From Macrostomum lignano (Eukaryota), in assembly GCA_002269645.1 (NCBI GenBank), contig NIVC01001249.1, forward strand, positions 124,001 through 188,000: a stretch of DNA of 64,000 nucleotides. The letters run 5' to 3'. The notes under the pieces are model-generated. The model had not been told where the DNA came from. It did not search any database and saw only the letters and a program-made list of their open reading frames with translations. A program made the translations under genes and the position numbers. Below are positions 42,221 through 54,942 of the stretch, piece after piece. Position 1 is the stretch's first letter, and each line of letters begins with the position of its first letter.

Positions 42221-43131
42221 GTAACATTAGAAAATTCGTATTGTTCCTTTTAATGGTTAAAAAATCTTTAATTAATTTTTATTCATTTGTTCTGCTGCTT
42301 TTAACATTAATTTTCTAAATAACAAAATCTACTGCAAGAAATCTTACCATGCCCTGTCGCGTGTACTTTTGCAACAATTATATCACCAACCAGCGGTAAC
42401 GACCGTCGACCAACCATCCTTTGCCCCACTACGAGTAATGCATTTTTGATACTATTGATAAATATAAAGTCCTGTGGTAATCTTTATTGATTAATTTTGT
42501 CGAAATTAATATCATTGAGGGGATGTTTAAAGATGTCAAAAAACGCTTTTAATAAATTACTCTGCCACTACGGTCTGACTCATTCAGAGCTGTTTAAAAA
42601 TTGGCTGAATTTACCTTGCTGCTCGAAGAACCAGTTGCCAACAATAAAAAGCTCCAGCAGCCAACCGGCAGTGGCGGTGAAAACCGTCTGAAACTGCCCA
42701 CTCATAGTGGCGTGGCGGAGACATCGCAGTCAAAATTGTTTGAGGCAGAGAAGTCAGAGCAGGGCCAGCCAACCAGCAACGTTCAAACCAGCAACGTTCA
42801 AACCAGCAGCCAGCCAATCAGCAGCCAGCCAATCAGCAACCAGCCAACCAGCAGCCAGCCAACCAGCAGCCAGCCAACCAGCAGCCAGCCAACCAGCAAC
42901 CAGCCAATCAGCAGCCAGCCAATCAGCAGCCACCCAATCAGTGGCCAGCCAACCAGCAGCCAGCCAACCAGCAGCCACCCAACCAGCAGCCACCCAACCA
43001 GCAGCCAGCCAATCAGCAGCCACCCAACCAGCAGCCGCCCAACCAACAGTCAGCCAACCAGCAGCCAGCCAACCAGCAGCCCGCCAATCAGCAGCCAGCC
43101 AACCAGCAGCCAGCCAACCAGCAGCCAGCCA

Positions 43132-45232
43132 ATGGGCGGAGGTCGTCGAGCTCCAGACGCGGTGTCGGCCTACGCCGGCTTCCTCAGTGGCGCCACGGTT
43201 CGCGCGCTGCTGCAGCCGCTGGACGTGATCAAGATCAGGTGGCAACTGCAGCTGGAGTCCATCAGCAGACGGGGTGACGGCGGCACCTACCAGAGCCTGC
43301 CGCAGACTGTGGGCCGAATCCTACGGGAGGAAGGCGCTCGAGCACTGTGGAAGGGTCACGTGCCCTGCCAGGTGGTGTCGGTGCTGTTCAACTCGGTGCA
43401 GTTTTACACCTTCGAGCGCAGCGGGCCGCCAGTTCGGGAGCTGCTCGGAGGCGGCAGCGACTTTGGTGCAGACTTTGTGTGCGGCGGCATCTCTGGGGTA
43501 GCGGCGGCGCTGAGCTGCCACCCGTTCGACACCTTGCGGACACGGCTGATTGGGCAGAGCGAGAAGAACCGCGTGTACTCTGGTCTGGTGCACGCTGTGA
43601 CCCACATGTGGCGGTCGGAGGGTCCGCGTGTGTTCTTCCAGGTGAGTCACTGATTAGTGTGTTTTTCCAGGTGGGTCACTGACTGGTGTGTGTTCTTCCA
43701 GGTGGGCCACTGACTGGTGTGTGTGTTCTTCCAGGTGGGTCACTGACTGGTGTGTGTGTTTTTCCAGGTGGGTCACTGATTGCTGTGTTCGGTCACTGAG
43801 TCAAAATTTTGTTACATAACTTCAGGGTACAATTGCATTTTCAAATCACAAATGCCAGTCAGTTTGCCTCATCAATTTCCCCGCTCCATCTGCAGGGCCT
43901 GAATTCGAATCTGTGCATGACGATGCCGCAGGCGGCTAGCCGGTTCGCCTTCTACAAGCTGCTGTTCGGCCCCCTGGCCGACCGTTCTTCGGCGTCAGCC
44001 GCGGCCGCCGGCTCCGGCTTTCTGTCCGGCGTGCTGTCCAAGGCCCTCGTCTACCCCTTCGACGTCATGAAGAAGCGCCAGCAGGTGCGCGGCTTCGAGG
44101 CCGCCCGACGCGCGTTTGGCCGCGTGCAGGTGAACATGCTGACACCCTTTAGGACTGTCTGACACCCTTTAGGACTGTCTGACACCCTTTAGGACTGTCT
44201 GACACTCTTTAGGACTGTCTGACACCCTTTGGGACTGTCTGACACCCTTTGGGACTGTCTGACACCCTTTAGGACTGTCTGACACCCTTTAGGACTGTCT
44301 GACACCCTTTAGGACTGTCTGACACCCTTTGGGACTGTCTGACACCCTTTAGGACTGTCTGACACCCTTTGGGACTGTCTGACACCCTTTAGGACTGTCT
44401 GACACCCTTTAGGACTGTCTGACACCCTTTGGGACTGTCTGAAACCCTATAAAACTTTCTGACACCCTAGTTAGGACTCTCTGACACCATTTGAACCTGT
44501 CTGACACCCCTGGCACTGTCTGAAACCTCCCTTTTAATGTCAAATGTTTCGTAATAATTTCTGACACTTTTAACACATTAATAATGTCTGACACCTCTAG
44601 GACACGTCAACTACCCAGACTGTCGCCTGACACTCCTAACAGGTACTCCATGACACTTCAGGGCTGTAGCCTAGTGTTTAGAGCGTCGGGCTCACGACTT
44701 GAAGGTCGGGGGTTCGATTCCCGATCGCACTGGAACAGTTTGCGTCTTTGAGCAAGACACTTAACTCTGCATTGCTTCAGTTCACCCAGCTGTAAAATGG
44801 GTGCCAGCATAATTGAGGGTGTGTGGCGACCCCCCAGTCCTTGGACTGAACAGCCGTACGCAGCCTTCAGATGCGCCGCGCAAATAGCTGCGGCTGAGCT
44901 GTCGGTTGCACATCTACCCAATTAGGGCAGTTGTAATCAACTATTGTATATTATTATATGACGCTTCAGCATATCGTCTCGCATATCTGTTTCCCTCGGA
45001 CTACCTCCGCCACCAATGCCCTCTCACGCACCCTACACAGCCCCGCTCCCCGCAGGACTCGGGCAGCAGCCGGACCATCGCAGCCTGCGCCTCCTTCATC
45101 TGGCGCAACGAAGGCCTTCGCGGGTTCTACAAAGGCCTGGGCCCGTCAATGCTGAAGGCTGGCCTGTTCACGTCCACCACTTTCTACTTCTTTGAACTTT
45201 ACCGCTCGCTAATTCTGTCCGCTTTGTACTAA
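43132..45232 (+). CDS. SLC25A19: SLC25A19-like copy 2 (chimera: beta 5' region with alpha exons 2-3)
   Basis: Exons 43132-43641, 43896-44129 and 45056-45232. Confidence 0.87.
44661..44957 (+). mobile_element. CORE-like SINE, copy within tandem unit 2
   Basis: Same sequence as 40540-40836 at +4121. Confidence 0.82.
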
Positions 45233-47252
45233 ACGCTAAAAATGCTCATATTGCTACTTCTATTGGCCAGGCTTTCAGTAGTACACGCGCGCATTTTTTG
45301 CTATTCTAACAACTGTACGAAATGTACTTAAGAATCGCATCAATTCAAAATTTGTGTGCAATTCAATTGTATTCGGATCGTCAACTACAGTATTGATCCT
45401 GTTTTGCTTACATATGAATGTTTTTGCTCTTATTTTCCATTATGTTCTGGATTAATGTTCCGTTTACTCAAGCTTGCTGCAATAAAAGTAGAAATATGTC
45501 TGCTTAATGCAGTCTTGGTGCTTTTGTGTGCCTTGTTTAATTATTATTTTCATTCTTCCTTTCTTTTTGTCTTTACACTTTGAGTTTTTTTCGCTGGCTG
45601 CACACGTCTAAAAGCCGTTTAACTGTGCACACTTGATTGTGTTATCAAGCCAATATGGTGTGAATGTACTTGTAGGGTAAGAGATTTGCTTTTCTAACCC
45701 TGAATGTACATACATACATTATTGTTTGCAAGCCGTAGAGTAAGAACGTACATTCTGACAATGTACATTGCGGGGTAAGAGATTTGCTTTTCTAACCCTG
45801 AATGTACATTCATACTTTATTGTTTGCAAGCCATAGAGTAAGAACGTACATTCTGACAGTGTACATTGTGGGGTAAGAGATTTAATTTTCTAATCCCGAA
45901 CGTACATTCTGTCTGTGTCATTCATGGGGCAAGAGATTTGCTCCTGTAACCCTGAATGTACATACTTTATTGTTAGCAAGTCATAGAGTAAGAACGTACA
46001 TTCTGACAATGTACATTGCGGGGTAAGAGATTTGCTTTTCTAACCCTGAATGTACATTCATACTTTATTGTTTGCAAGCCATAAAATAAGAACGTACATT
46101 CTGACAGTGTACATTGTGGGGTAAGAGATTTAATTTTCTAATCCCGAACGTACATTCTGTCTGTGTCATTCATGGGGCAAGAGATTTGCTCCTGTAACCC
46201 TGAATGTACATACTTTATTGTTAGCAAGTCATAGAGTAAGAACGTACATTCTGTCAGTGGTAAGAGATTTTCTCCTCTGCCCCTGAGCGTACATTGATTT
46301 TTTGTTAGCAAGTCACTTGCGTAAATGTACATTCTGTCAGAGTAACATTAGAAAATTCGTATTGTTCCTTTTAATGGTTAAAAAATCTTTAATTAATTTT
46401 TATTCATTTGTTCTGCTGCTTTTAACATTAATTTTCTAAATAACAAAATCTACTGCAAGAAATCTTACCATGCCCTGTCGCGTGTACTTTTGCAACAATT
46501 ATATCACCAACCAGCGGTAACGACCGTCGACCAACCATCCTTTGCCCCACTACGAGTAATGCATTTTTGATACTATTGATAAATATAAAGTCCTGTGGTA
46601 ATCTTTATTGATTAATTTTGTCGAAATTAATATCATTGAGGGGATGTTTAAAGATGTCAAAAAACGCTTTTAATAAATTACTCTGCCACTACGGTCTGAC
46701 TCATTCAGAGCTGTTTAAAAATTGGCTGAATTTACCTTGCTGCTCGAAGAACCAGTTGCCAACAATAAAAAGCTCCAGCAGCCAACCGGCAGTGGCGGTG
46801 AAAACCGTCTGAAACTGCCCACTCATAGTGGCGTGGCGGAGACATCGCAGTCAAAATTGTTTGAGGCAGAGAAGTCAGAGCAGGGCCAGCCAACCAGCAA
46901 CGTTCAAACCAGCAACGTTCAAACCAGCAGCCAGCCAATCAGCAGCCAGCCAATCAGCAACCAGCCAACCAGCAGCCAGCCAACCAGCAGCCAGCCAACC
47001 AGCAGCCAGCCAACCAGCAACCAGCCAATCAGCAGCCAGCCAATCAGCAGCCACCCAATCAGTGGCCAGCCAACCAGCAGCCAGCCAACCAGCAGCCACC
47101 CAACCAGCAGCCACCCAACCAGCAGCCAGCCAATCAGCAGCCACCCAACCAGCAGCCGCCCAACCAACAGTCAGCCAACCAGCAGCCAGCCAACCAGCAG
47201 CCCGCCAATCAGCAGCCAGCCAACCAGCAGCCAGCCAACCAGCAGCCAGCCA

Positions 47253-49353
47253 ATGGGCGGAGGTCGTCGAGCTCCAGACGCGGTGTCGGCCTACGCCGGC
47301 TTCCTCAGTGGCGCCACGGTTCGCGCGCTGCTGCAGCCGCTGGACGTGATCAAGATCAGGTGGCAACTGCAGCTGGAGTCCATCAGCAGACGGGGTGACG
47401 GCGGCACCTACCAGAGCCTGCCGCAGACTGTGGGCCGAATCCTACGGGAGGAAGGCGCTCGAGCACTGTGGAAGGGTCACGTGCCCTGCCAGGTGGTGTC
47501 GGTGCTGTTCAACTCGGTGCAGTTTTACACCTTCGAGCGCAGCGGGCCGCCAGTTCGGGAGCTGCTCGGAGGCGGCAGCGACTTTGGTGCAGACTTTGTG
47601 TGCGGCGGCATCTCTGGGGTAGCGGCGGCGCTGAGCTGCCACCCGTTCGACACCTTGCGGACACGGCTGATTGGGCAGAGCGAGAAGAACCGCGTGTACT
47701 CTGGTCTGGTGCACGCTGTGACCCACATGTGGCGGTCGGAGGGTCCGCGTGTGTTCTTCCAGGTGAGTCACTGATTAGTGTGTTTTTCCAGGTGGGTCAC
47801 TGACTGGTGTGTGTTCTTCCAGGTGGGCCACTGACTGGTGTGTGTGTTCTTCCAGGTGGGTCACTGACTGGTGTGTGTGTTTTTCCAGGTGGGTCACTGA
47901 TTGCTGTGTTCGGTCACTGAGTCAAAATTTTGTTACATAACTTCAGGGTACAATTGCATTTTCAAATCACAAATGCCAGTCAGTTTGCCTCATCAATTTC
48001 CCCGCTCCATCTGCAGGGCCTGAATTCGAATCTGTGCATGACGATGCCGCAGGCGGCTAGCCGGTTCGCCTTCTACAAGCTGCTGTTCGGCCCCCTGGCC
48101 GACCGTTCTTCGGCGTCAGCCGCGGCCGCCGGCTCCGGCTTTCTGTCCGGCGTGCTGTCCAAGGCCCTCGTCTACCCCTTCGACGTCATGAAGAAGCGCC
48201 AGCAGGTGCGCGGCTTCGAGGCCGCCCGACGCGCGTTTGGCCGCGTGCAGGTGAACATGCTGACACCCTTTAGGACTGTCTGACACCCTTTAGGACTGTC
48301 TGACACCCTTTAGGACTGTCTGACACTCTTTAGGACTGTCTGACACCCTTTGGGACTGTCTGACACCCTTTGGGACTGTCTGACACCCTTTAGGACTGTC
48401 TGACACCCTTTAGGACTGTCTGACACCCTTTAGGACTGTCTGACACCCTTTGGGACTGTCTGACACCCTTTAGGACTGTCTGACACCCTTTGGGACTGTC
48501 TGACACCCTTTAGGACTGTCTGACACCCTTTAGGACTGTCTGACACCCTTTGGGACTGTCTGAAACCCTATAAAACTTTCTGACACCCTAGTTAGGACTC
48601 TCTGACACCATTTGAACCTGTCTGACACCCCTGGCACTGTCTGAAACCTCCCTTTTAATGTCAAATGTTTCGTAATAATTTCTGACACTTTTAACACATT
48701 AATAATGTCTGACACCTCTAGGACACGTCAACTACCCAGACTGTCGCCTGACACTCCTAACAGGTACTCCATGACACTTCAGGGCTGTAGCCTAGTGTTT
48801 AGAGCGTCGGGCTCACGACTTGAAGGTCGGGGGTTCGATTCCCGATCGCACTGGAACAGTTTGCGTCTTTGAGCAAGACACTTAACTCTGCATTGCTTCA
48901 GTTCACCCAGCTGTAAAATGGGTGCCAGCATAATTGAGGGTGTGTGGCGACCCCCCAGTCCTTGGACTGAACAGCCGTACGCAGCCTTCAGATGCGCCGC
49001 GCAAATAGCTGCGGCTGAGCTGTCGGTTGCACATCTACCCAATTAGGGCAGTTGTAATCAACTATTGTATATTATTATATGACGCTTCAGCATATCGTCT
49101 CGCATATCTGTTTCCCTCGGACTACCTCCGCCACCAATGCCCTCTCACGCACCCTACACAGCCCCGCTCCCCGCAGGACTCGGGCAGCAGCCGGACCATC
49201 GCAGCCTGCGCCTCCTTCATCTGGCGCAACGAAGGCCTTCGCGGGTTCTACAAAGGCCTGGGCCCGTCAATGCTGAAGGCTGGCCTGTTCACGTCCACCA
49301 CTTTCTACTTCTTTGAACTTTACCGCTCGCTAATTCTGTCCGCTTTGTACTAA
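47253..49353 (+). CDS. SLC25A19: SLC25A19-like copy 3 (apparently identical to copy 2)
   Basis: Exons 47253-47762, 48017-48250 and 49177-49353; exact 4121-bp offset and identical ORF translations. Confidence 0.87.
48782..49078 (+). mobile_element. CORE-like SINE, copy within tandem unit 3
   Basis: Same sequence at +8242. Confidence 0.82.
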
Positions 49354-51373
49354 ACGCTAAAAATGCTCATATTGCTACTTCTATTGGCCAGGCTTTCAGT
49401 AGTACACGCGCGCATTTTTTGCTATTCTAACAACTGTACGAAATGTACTTAAGAATCGCATCAATTCAAAATTTGTGTGCAATTCAATTGTATTCGGATC
49501 GTCAACTACAGTATTGATCCTGTTTTGCTTACATATGAATGTTTTTGCTCTTATTTTCCATTATGTTCTGGATTAATGTTCCGTTTACTCAAGCTTGCTG
49601 CAATAAAAGTAGAAATATGTCTGCTTAATGCAGTCTTGGTGCTTTTGTGTGCCTTGTTTAATTATTATTTTCATTCTTCCTTTCTTTTTGTCTTTACACT
49701 TTGAGTTTTTTTCGCTGGCTGCACACGTCTAAAAGCCGTTTAACTGTGCACACTTGATTGTGTTATCAAGCCAATATGGTGTGAATGTACTTGTAGGGTA
49801 AGAGATTTGCTTTTCTAACCCTGAATGTACATACATACATTATTGTTTGCAAGCCGTAGAGTAAGAACGTACATTCTGACAATGTACATTGCGGGGTAAG
49901 AGATTTGCTTTTCTAACCCTGAATGTACATTCATACTTTATTGTTTGCAAGCCATAGAGTAAGAACGTACATTCTGACAGTGTACATTGTGGGGTAAGAG
50001 ATTTAATTTTCTAATCCCGAACGTACATTCTGTCTGTGTCATTCATGGGGCAAGAGATTTGCTCCTGTAACCCTGAATGTACATACTTTATTGTTAGCAA
50101 GTCATAGAGTAAGAACGTACATTCTGACAATGTACATTGCGGGGTAAGAGATTTGCTTTTCTAACCCTGAATGTACATTCATACTTTATTGTTTGCAAGC
50201 CATAAAATAAGAACGTACATTCTGACAGTGTACATTGTGGGGTAAGAGATTTAATTTTCTAATCCCGAACGTACATTCTGTCTGTGTCATTCATGGGGCA
50301 AGAGATTTGCTCCTGTAACCCTGAATGTACATACTTTATTGTTAGCAAGTCATAGAGTAAGAACGTACATTCTGTCAGTGGTAAGAGATTTTCTCCTCTG
50401 CCCCTGAGCGTACATTGATTTTTTGTTAGCAAGTCACTTGCGTAAATGTACATTCTGTCAGAGTAACATTAGAAAATTCGTATTGTTCCTTTTAATGGTT
50501 AAAAAATCTTTAATTAATTTTTATTCATTTGTTCTGCTGCTTTTAACATTAATTTTCTAAATAACAAAATCTACTGCAAGAAATCTTACCATGCCCTGTC
50601 GCGTGTACTTTTGCAACAATTATATCACCAACCAGCGGTAACGACCGTCGACCAACCATCCTTTGCCCCACTACGAGTAATGCATTTTTGATACTATTGA
50701 TAAATATAAAGTCCTGTGGTAATCTTTATTGATTAATTTTGTCGAAATTAATATCATTGAGGGGATGTTTAAAGATGTCAAAAAACGCTTTTAATAAATT
50801 ACTCTGCCACTACGGTCTGACTCATTCAGAGCTGTTTAAAAATTGGCTGAATTTACCTTGCTGCTCGAAGAACCAGTTGCCAACAATAAAAAGCTCCAGC
50901 AGCCAACCGGCAGTGGCGGTGAAAACCGTCTGAAACTGCCCACTCATAGTGGCGTGGCGGAGACATCGCAGTCAAAATTGTTTGAGGCAGAGAAGTCAGA
51001 GCAGGGCCAGCCAACCAGCAACGTTCAAACCAGCAACGTTCAAACCAGCAGCCAGCCAATCAGCAGCCAGCCAATCAGCAACCAGCCAACCAGCAGCCAG
51101 CCAACCAGCAGCCAGCCAACCAGCAGCCAGCCAACCAGCAACCAGCCAATCAGCAGCCAGCCAATCAGCAGCCACCCAATCAGTGGCCAGCCAACCAGCA
51201 GCCAGCCAACCAGCAGCCACCCAACCAGCAGCCACCCAACCAGCAGCCAGCCAATCAGCAGCCACCCAACCAGCAGCCGCCCAACCAACAGTCAGCCAAC
51301 CAGCAGCCAGCCAACCAGCAGCCCGCCAATCAGCAGCCAGCCAACCAGCAGCCAGCCAACCAGCAGCCAGCCA

Positions 51374-54300
51374 ATGGGCGGAGGTCGTCGAGCTCCAGAC
51401 GCGGTGTCGGCCTACGCCGGCTTCCTCAGTGGCGCCACGGTTCGCGCGCTGCTGCAGCCGCTGGACGTGATCAAGATCAGGTGGCAACTGCAGCTGGAGT
51501 CCATCAGCAGACGGGGTGACGGCGGCACCTACCAGAGCCTGCCGCAGACTGTGGGCCGAATCCTACGGGAGGAAGGCGCTCGAGCACTGTGGAAGGGTCA
51601 CGTGCCCTGCCAGGTGGTGTCGGTGCTGTTCAACTCGGTGCAGTTTTACACCTTCGAGCGCAGCGGGCCGCCAGTTCGGGAGCTGCTCGGAGGCGGCAGC
51701 GACTTTGGTGCAGACTTTGTGTGCGGCGGCATCTCTGGGGTAGCGGCGGCGCTGAGCTGCCACCCGTTCGACACCTTGCGGACACGGCTGATTGGGCAGA
51801 GCGAGAAGAACCGCGTGTACTCTGGTCTGGTGCACGCTGTGACCCACATGTGGCGGTCGGAGGGTCCGCGTGTGTTCTTCCAGGTGGGTCACTGATTGGC
51901 GTGTGTGTTCTTCCAGGTGGGTCACTGATTGGCGTGTGTGTTCTTCCAGGTGGGTCACTGATTGGCGTGTGTGTTCTTCCAGGTGGGTCACTGATTGGCG
52001 TGTGTTCTTCCAGGTGGGTCACTGATTGGCGTGTGTTCTTCCAGGTGGGTTACTGATTAGTGTGATCTTCCAGATGGGTCACTGATTAGTGTGTTCTTCC
52101 AGGTGGGTCCCTGATTAGTGTGTTCTTCCAGGTGGGTCACTGATTGGTGTGTTTTCTTCCAGGTGGGTCACTGATTGGTGTGTGTTCTTCCAGGTGGGAC
52201 ACTGATTGCTGTGTTTTCTTCCAGGTGGGTCACTGATTGGCGTGTGTTCTTCCAGGTGGGTCACTGATTAGTGTGTTCTTCCAGCTGGGTCACTGACTGG
52301 TGTGTGTTCTTCCAGGTGGGTCACTGATTGGTGTGTTTTCTTCCAGGTGGGTCACTGATTGCTGTGTGTTCTTCCAGGTGTGACACGGATCGGTGTGTAC
52401 TATGTTTCATTGGCTTTCCACGTTACATACTGGCCCTGTGGGTCAGAGTGGCCCTGTGCCGTAGCAAATCTGCAGTCTAATATCTTGCTCCATCACTTTG
52501 CCGCAGGGCCTGGGCCCCAACCTAGCCATGATGGCCGGTCAGTCCAGTGTGCACTTTGCCGTCTACCACGGCCTGCGCCGCCTCCTGAACGACGTCGACG
52601 GCAGTGTCGGCAGCAGCGGGGGCGACGCCCTGACGGCAGGTTTCGCGGCCGGCGTGGCAGCCAAGTCGGTAGTTTATCCGCTGGACGTGCTGAAGAAGCG
52701 CCAGCAGGTCCGCGGCTTCGAGGCTGCCCGACTCTGCTTTGGCCGGGTGCAGGTGAGGCTGGAGCTGGTATGGTAGTCATATCCCAGTCACATCCCAGTC
52801 ACATGCCAGTCACATTCCAGTCGCATGACAGTCACTTCAATCACAGGTATGCCACATCCCAGTCACAGATAAGCCACATCCCAGTCACAGGAAAGCCACA
52901 TCCCAGTCACAGGTAAGCCACCTCCGAGTCACAGATAAGTGACATCCCAGTCACAGCTCAGTCACATCGCAGTCTCAGATAAGCCACATCCAAGTCACAG
53001 ATAAGCCACATCCAAGTCACAGATAAGCCACATCCAAGTCACAGGTAAGCCACCTCCGAGTCACAGATAAGTGACATCCCAGTCACAGCTCAGTCACATC
53101 GCAGTCTCAGATAAGCCACATCCAAGTCACAGATAAGCCACATCCCAGTCACAGGAAAGCCACATCCCAGTCACAGGTAAGCCACCTCCGAGTCACAGAT
53201 AAGTGACATCCCAGTCACAGCTCAGTCACATCGCAGTCTCAGATAAGCCACATCCAAGTCACAGATAAGCCACATCCAAGTCACAGATAAGCCACATCCA
53301 AGTCACAGGTAAGCCACCTCCGAGTCACAGATAAGTGACATCCCAGTCACAGCTCAGTCACATCGCAGTCTCAGATAAGCCACATCCAAGTCACAGATAA
53401 GCCACATCCCAGTCACAGGAAAGCCACATCCCAGTCACAGGTAAGTCACATCCAAGTCACAGATAAGCCACATCCCAGTCACAGATAAGTGACATCCCAG
53501 TCACAGATAAGTGACATCCCAGTCACAGGTAAGCCACATCCAAGTCACAGGTAAGCCACATCCCAGTCACAGGTAAGTCACATCCCAGTCACAGGTAAGC
53601 CACATCCCAGTCACAGATAAGTCACATCCCAGTCACAGATAAGTCACATCCCAGTCACAGATAAGTCACATCCCAGTCACAGGAAAGCCACATCCCAGTC
53701 ACAGGTAAGCCACATCCCAGTCACAGGTAAGCCACATCCCAGTCACAGGAAAGCCACATCCCAGTCACAGGTAAACCACATCCAAGTCACAGGTAAGCCA
53801 CATCCCAGTCACAGGTAAGCCACATCCCAGTCACAAATAAGCCACATCCCAGTCACAGATAAGTCACATCCCAGTCACAGATAAGTCACATCCCAGTCAC
53901 AGGAAAGCCACATCCCAGTCACAGGTAAGCCACATCCCAGTCACAGATAAGTCACATCCCAGTCACAGGAAAGCCACATCCCAGTCACAGGTAAGCCACA
54001 TCCCAGTCACAGGTTAGTCACATCCCAGTCACAGGTAAGCCACATCCCAGTCACAGGTAAGCCACATCCCAGTCACAGGTAAGCCACATCCCAGTCACAG
54101 GTAAGCCACATCTTAGTCACAGGTAAGCCACATCCCAGTCACAGGTAAGCCACATCTTAGTCACAGGTAAGCCACATCCCAGTTACACCTGAGCCTGCCA
54201 CAGCTCATCCAGTGCCCCCAATTCGCTGCTCAAACCGCAGACTCCGGCCAGTCGCTGGGCCGCTGCCTACGCAGCCGACATGATTCGCCGAGAAGGCCCC

Positions 54301-54411
54301 ACCGCGCTGTTCAAAGGCTTCGTTCCCGCTGCCATGAAGTCTGGTCTGGTTACTGGGCTCACGTTTTACACCTATGAGGCCTATGTGGCCCTGCTGGTTG
54401 ATAAACGCTAA
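51374..54411 (+). CDS. SLC25A19: SLC25A19-like copy 4 (beta type, divergent exons 2-3), 308 aa
   Basis: Exons 51374-51883, 52507-52752 and 54241-54411; GLGPNLAMM...[19 protein letters not shown]; REGPTALFKGFVPAAMKSG...KR*. Confidence 0.85.
52778..54183 (+). repeat. 22-bp intronic minisatellite with CAG|GTAAG variants
   Basis: About 60 copies of CACATCCCAGTCACAG(G/A)TAAGC. Confidence 0.95.
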
Positions 54412-54654
54412 ACAGGCACATGGTGGGGCGAATCCCGTCCTGATTTTAGTTTGTTGCAAATTTCACTACTAATACTACTTTATAGTAATATTTCAAAAAC
54501 CCTTGCCTTTAGAAGCTTTTTTCCAGCTGTTTCTTTTGTCTTTCGTTTAGAAGTTGGCGCCTAAATTCCTATGATAAAAATGAAAGTTTAAATAGTCACT
54601 CGTGTACTTCTGTTTCGGTTTTTGTCCAGGATTTCTTTGACGGAATTGTGCACG

Positions 54655-54942
54655 TTCAGGAGCGGATTGGGGGCGGATGTTCAGGAGCGGATTGGGGGCG
54701 GATGTTATTGAGCGGATTGGGGGCGGATGTTATTGAGCGGATTGGGGGCGGATGTTATTGAGCGGATTGGGGGCGGATGTTATTGAGCGGATTGGGGGCG
54801 GATGTTCAGGAGCGGAATGGGCGGATATTCAGGAGCAGATTGGGGGCGGATGTTCAGGAGCGGATTGGGGGCGGATGTTCAGGAGCGGATTGGGGGCGGA
54901 TATTCAGGAGCGGATTAGGGGCGGATGTTCAGGAGCGGATTT
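54655..54942. repeat. 23-25-bp minisatellite
   Basis: About 11 copies of AGGAGCGGATTGGGGGCGGATGTTC. Confidence 0.92.
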
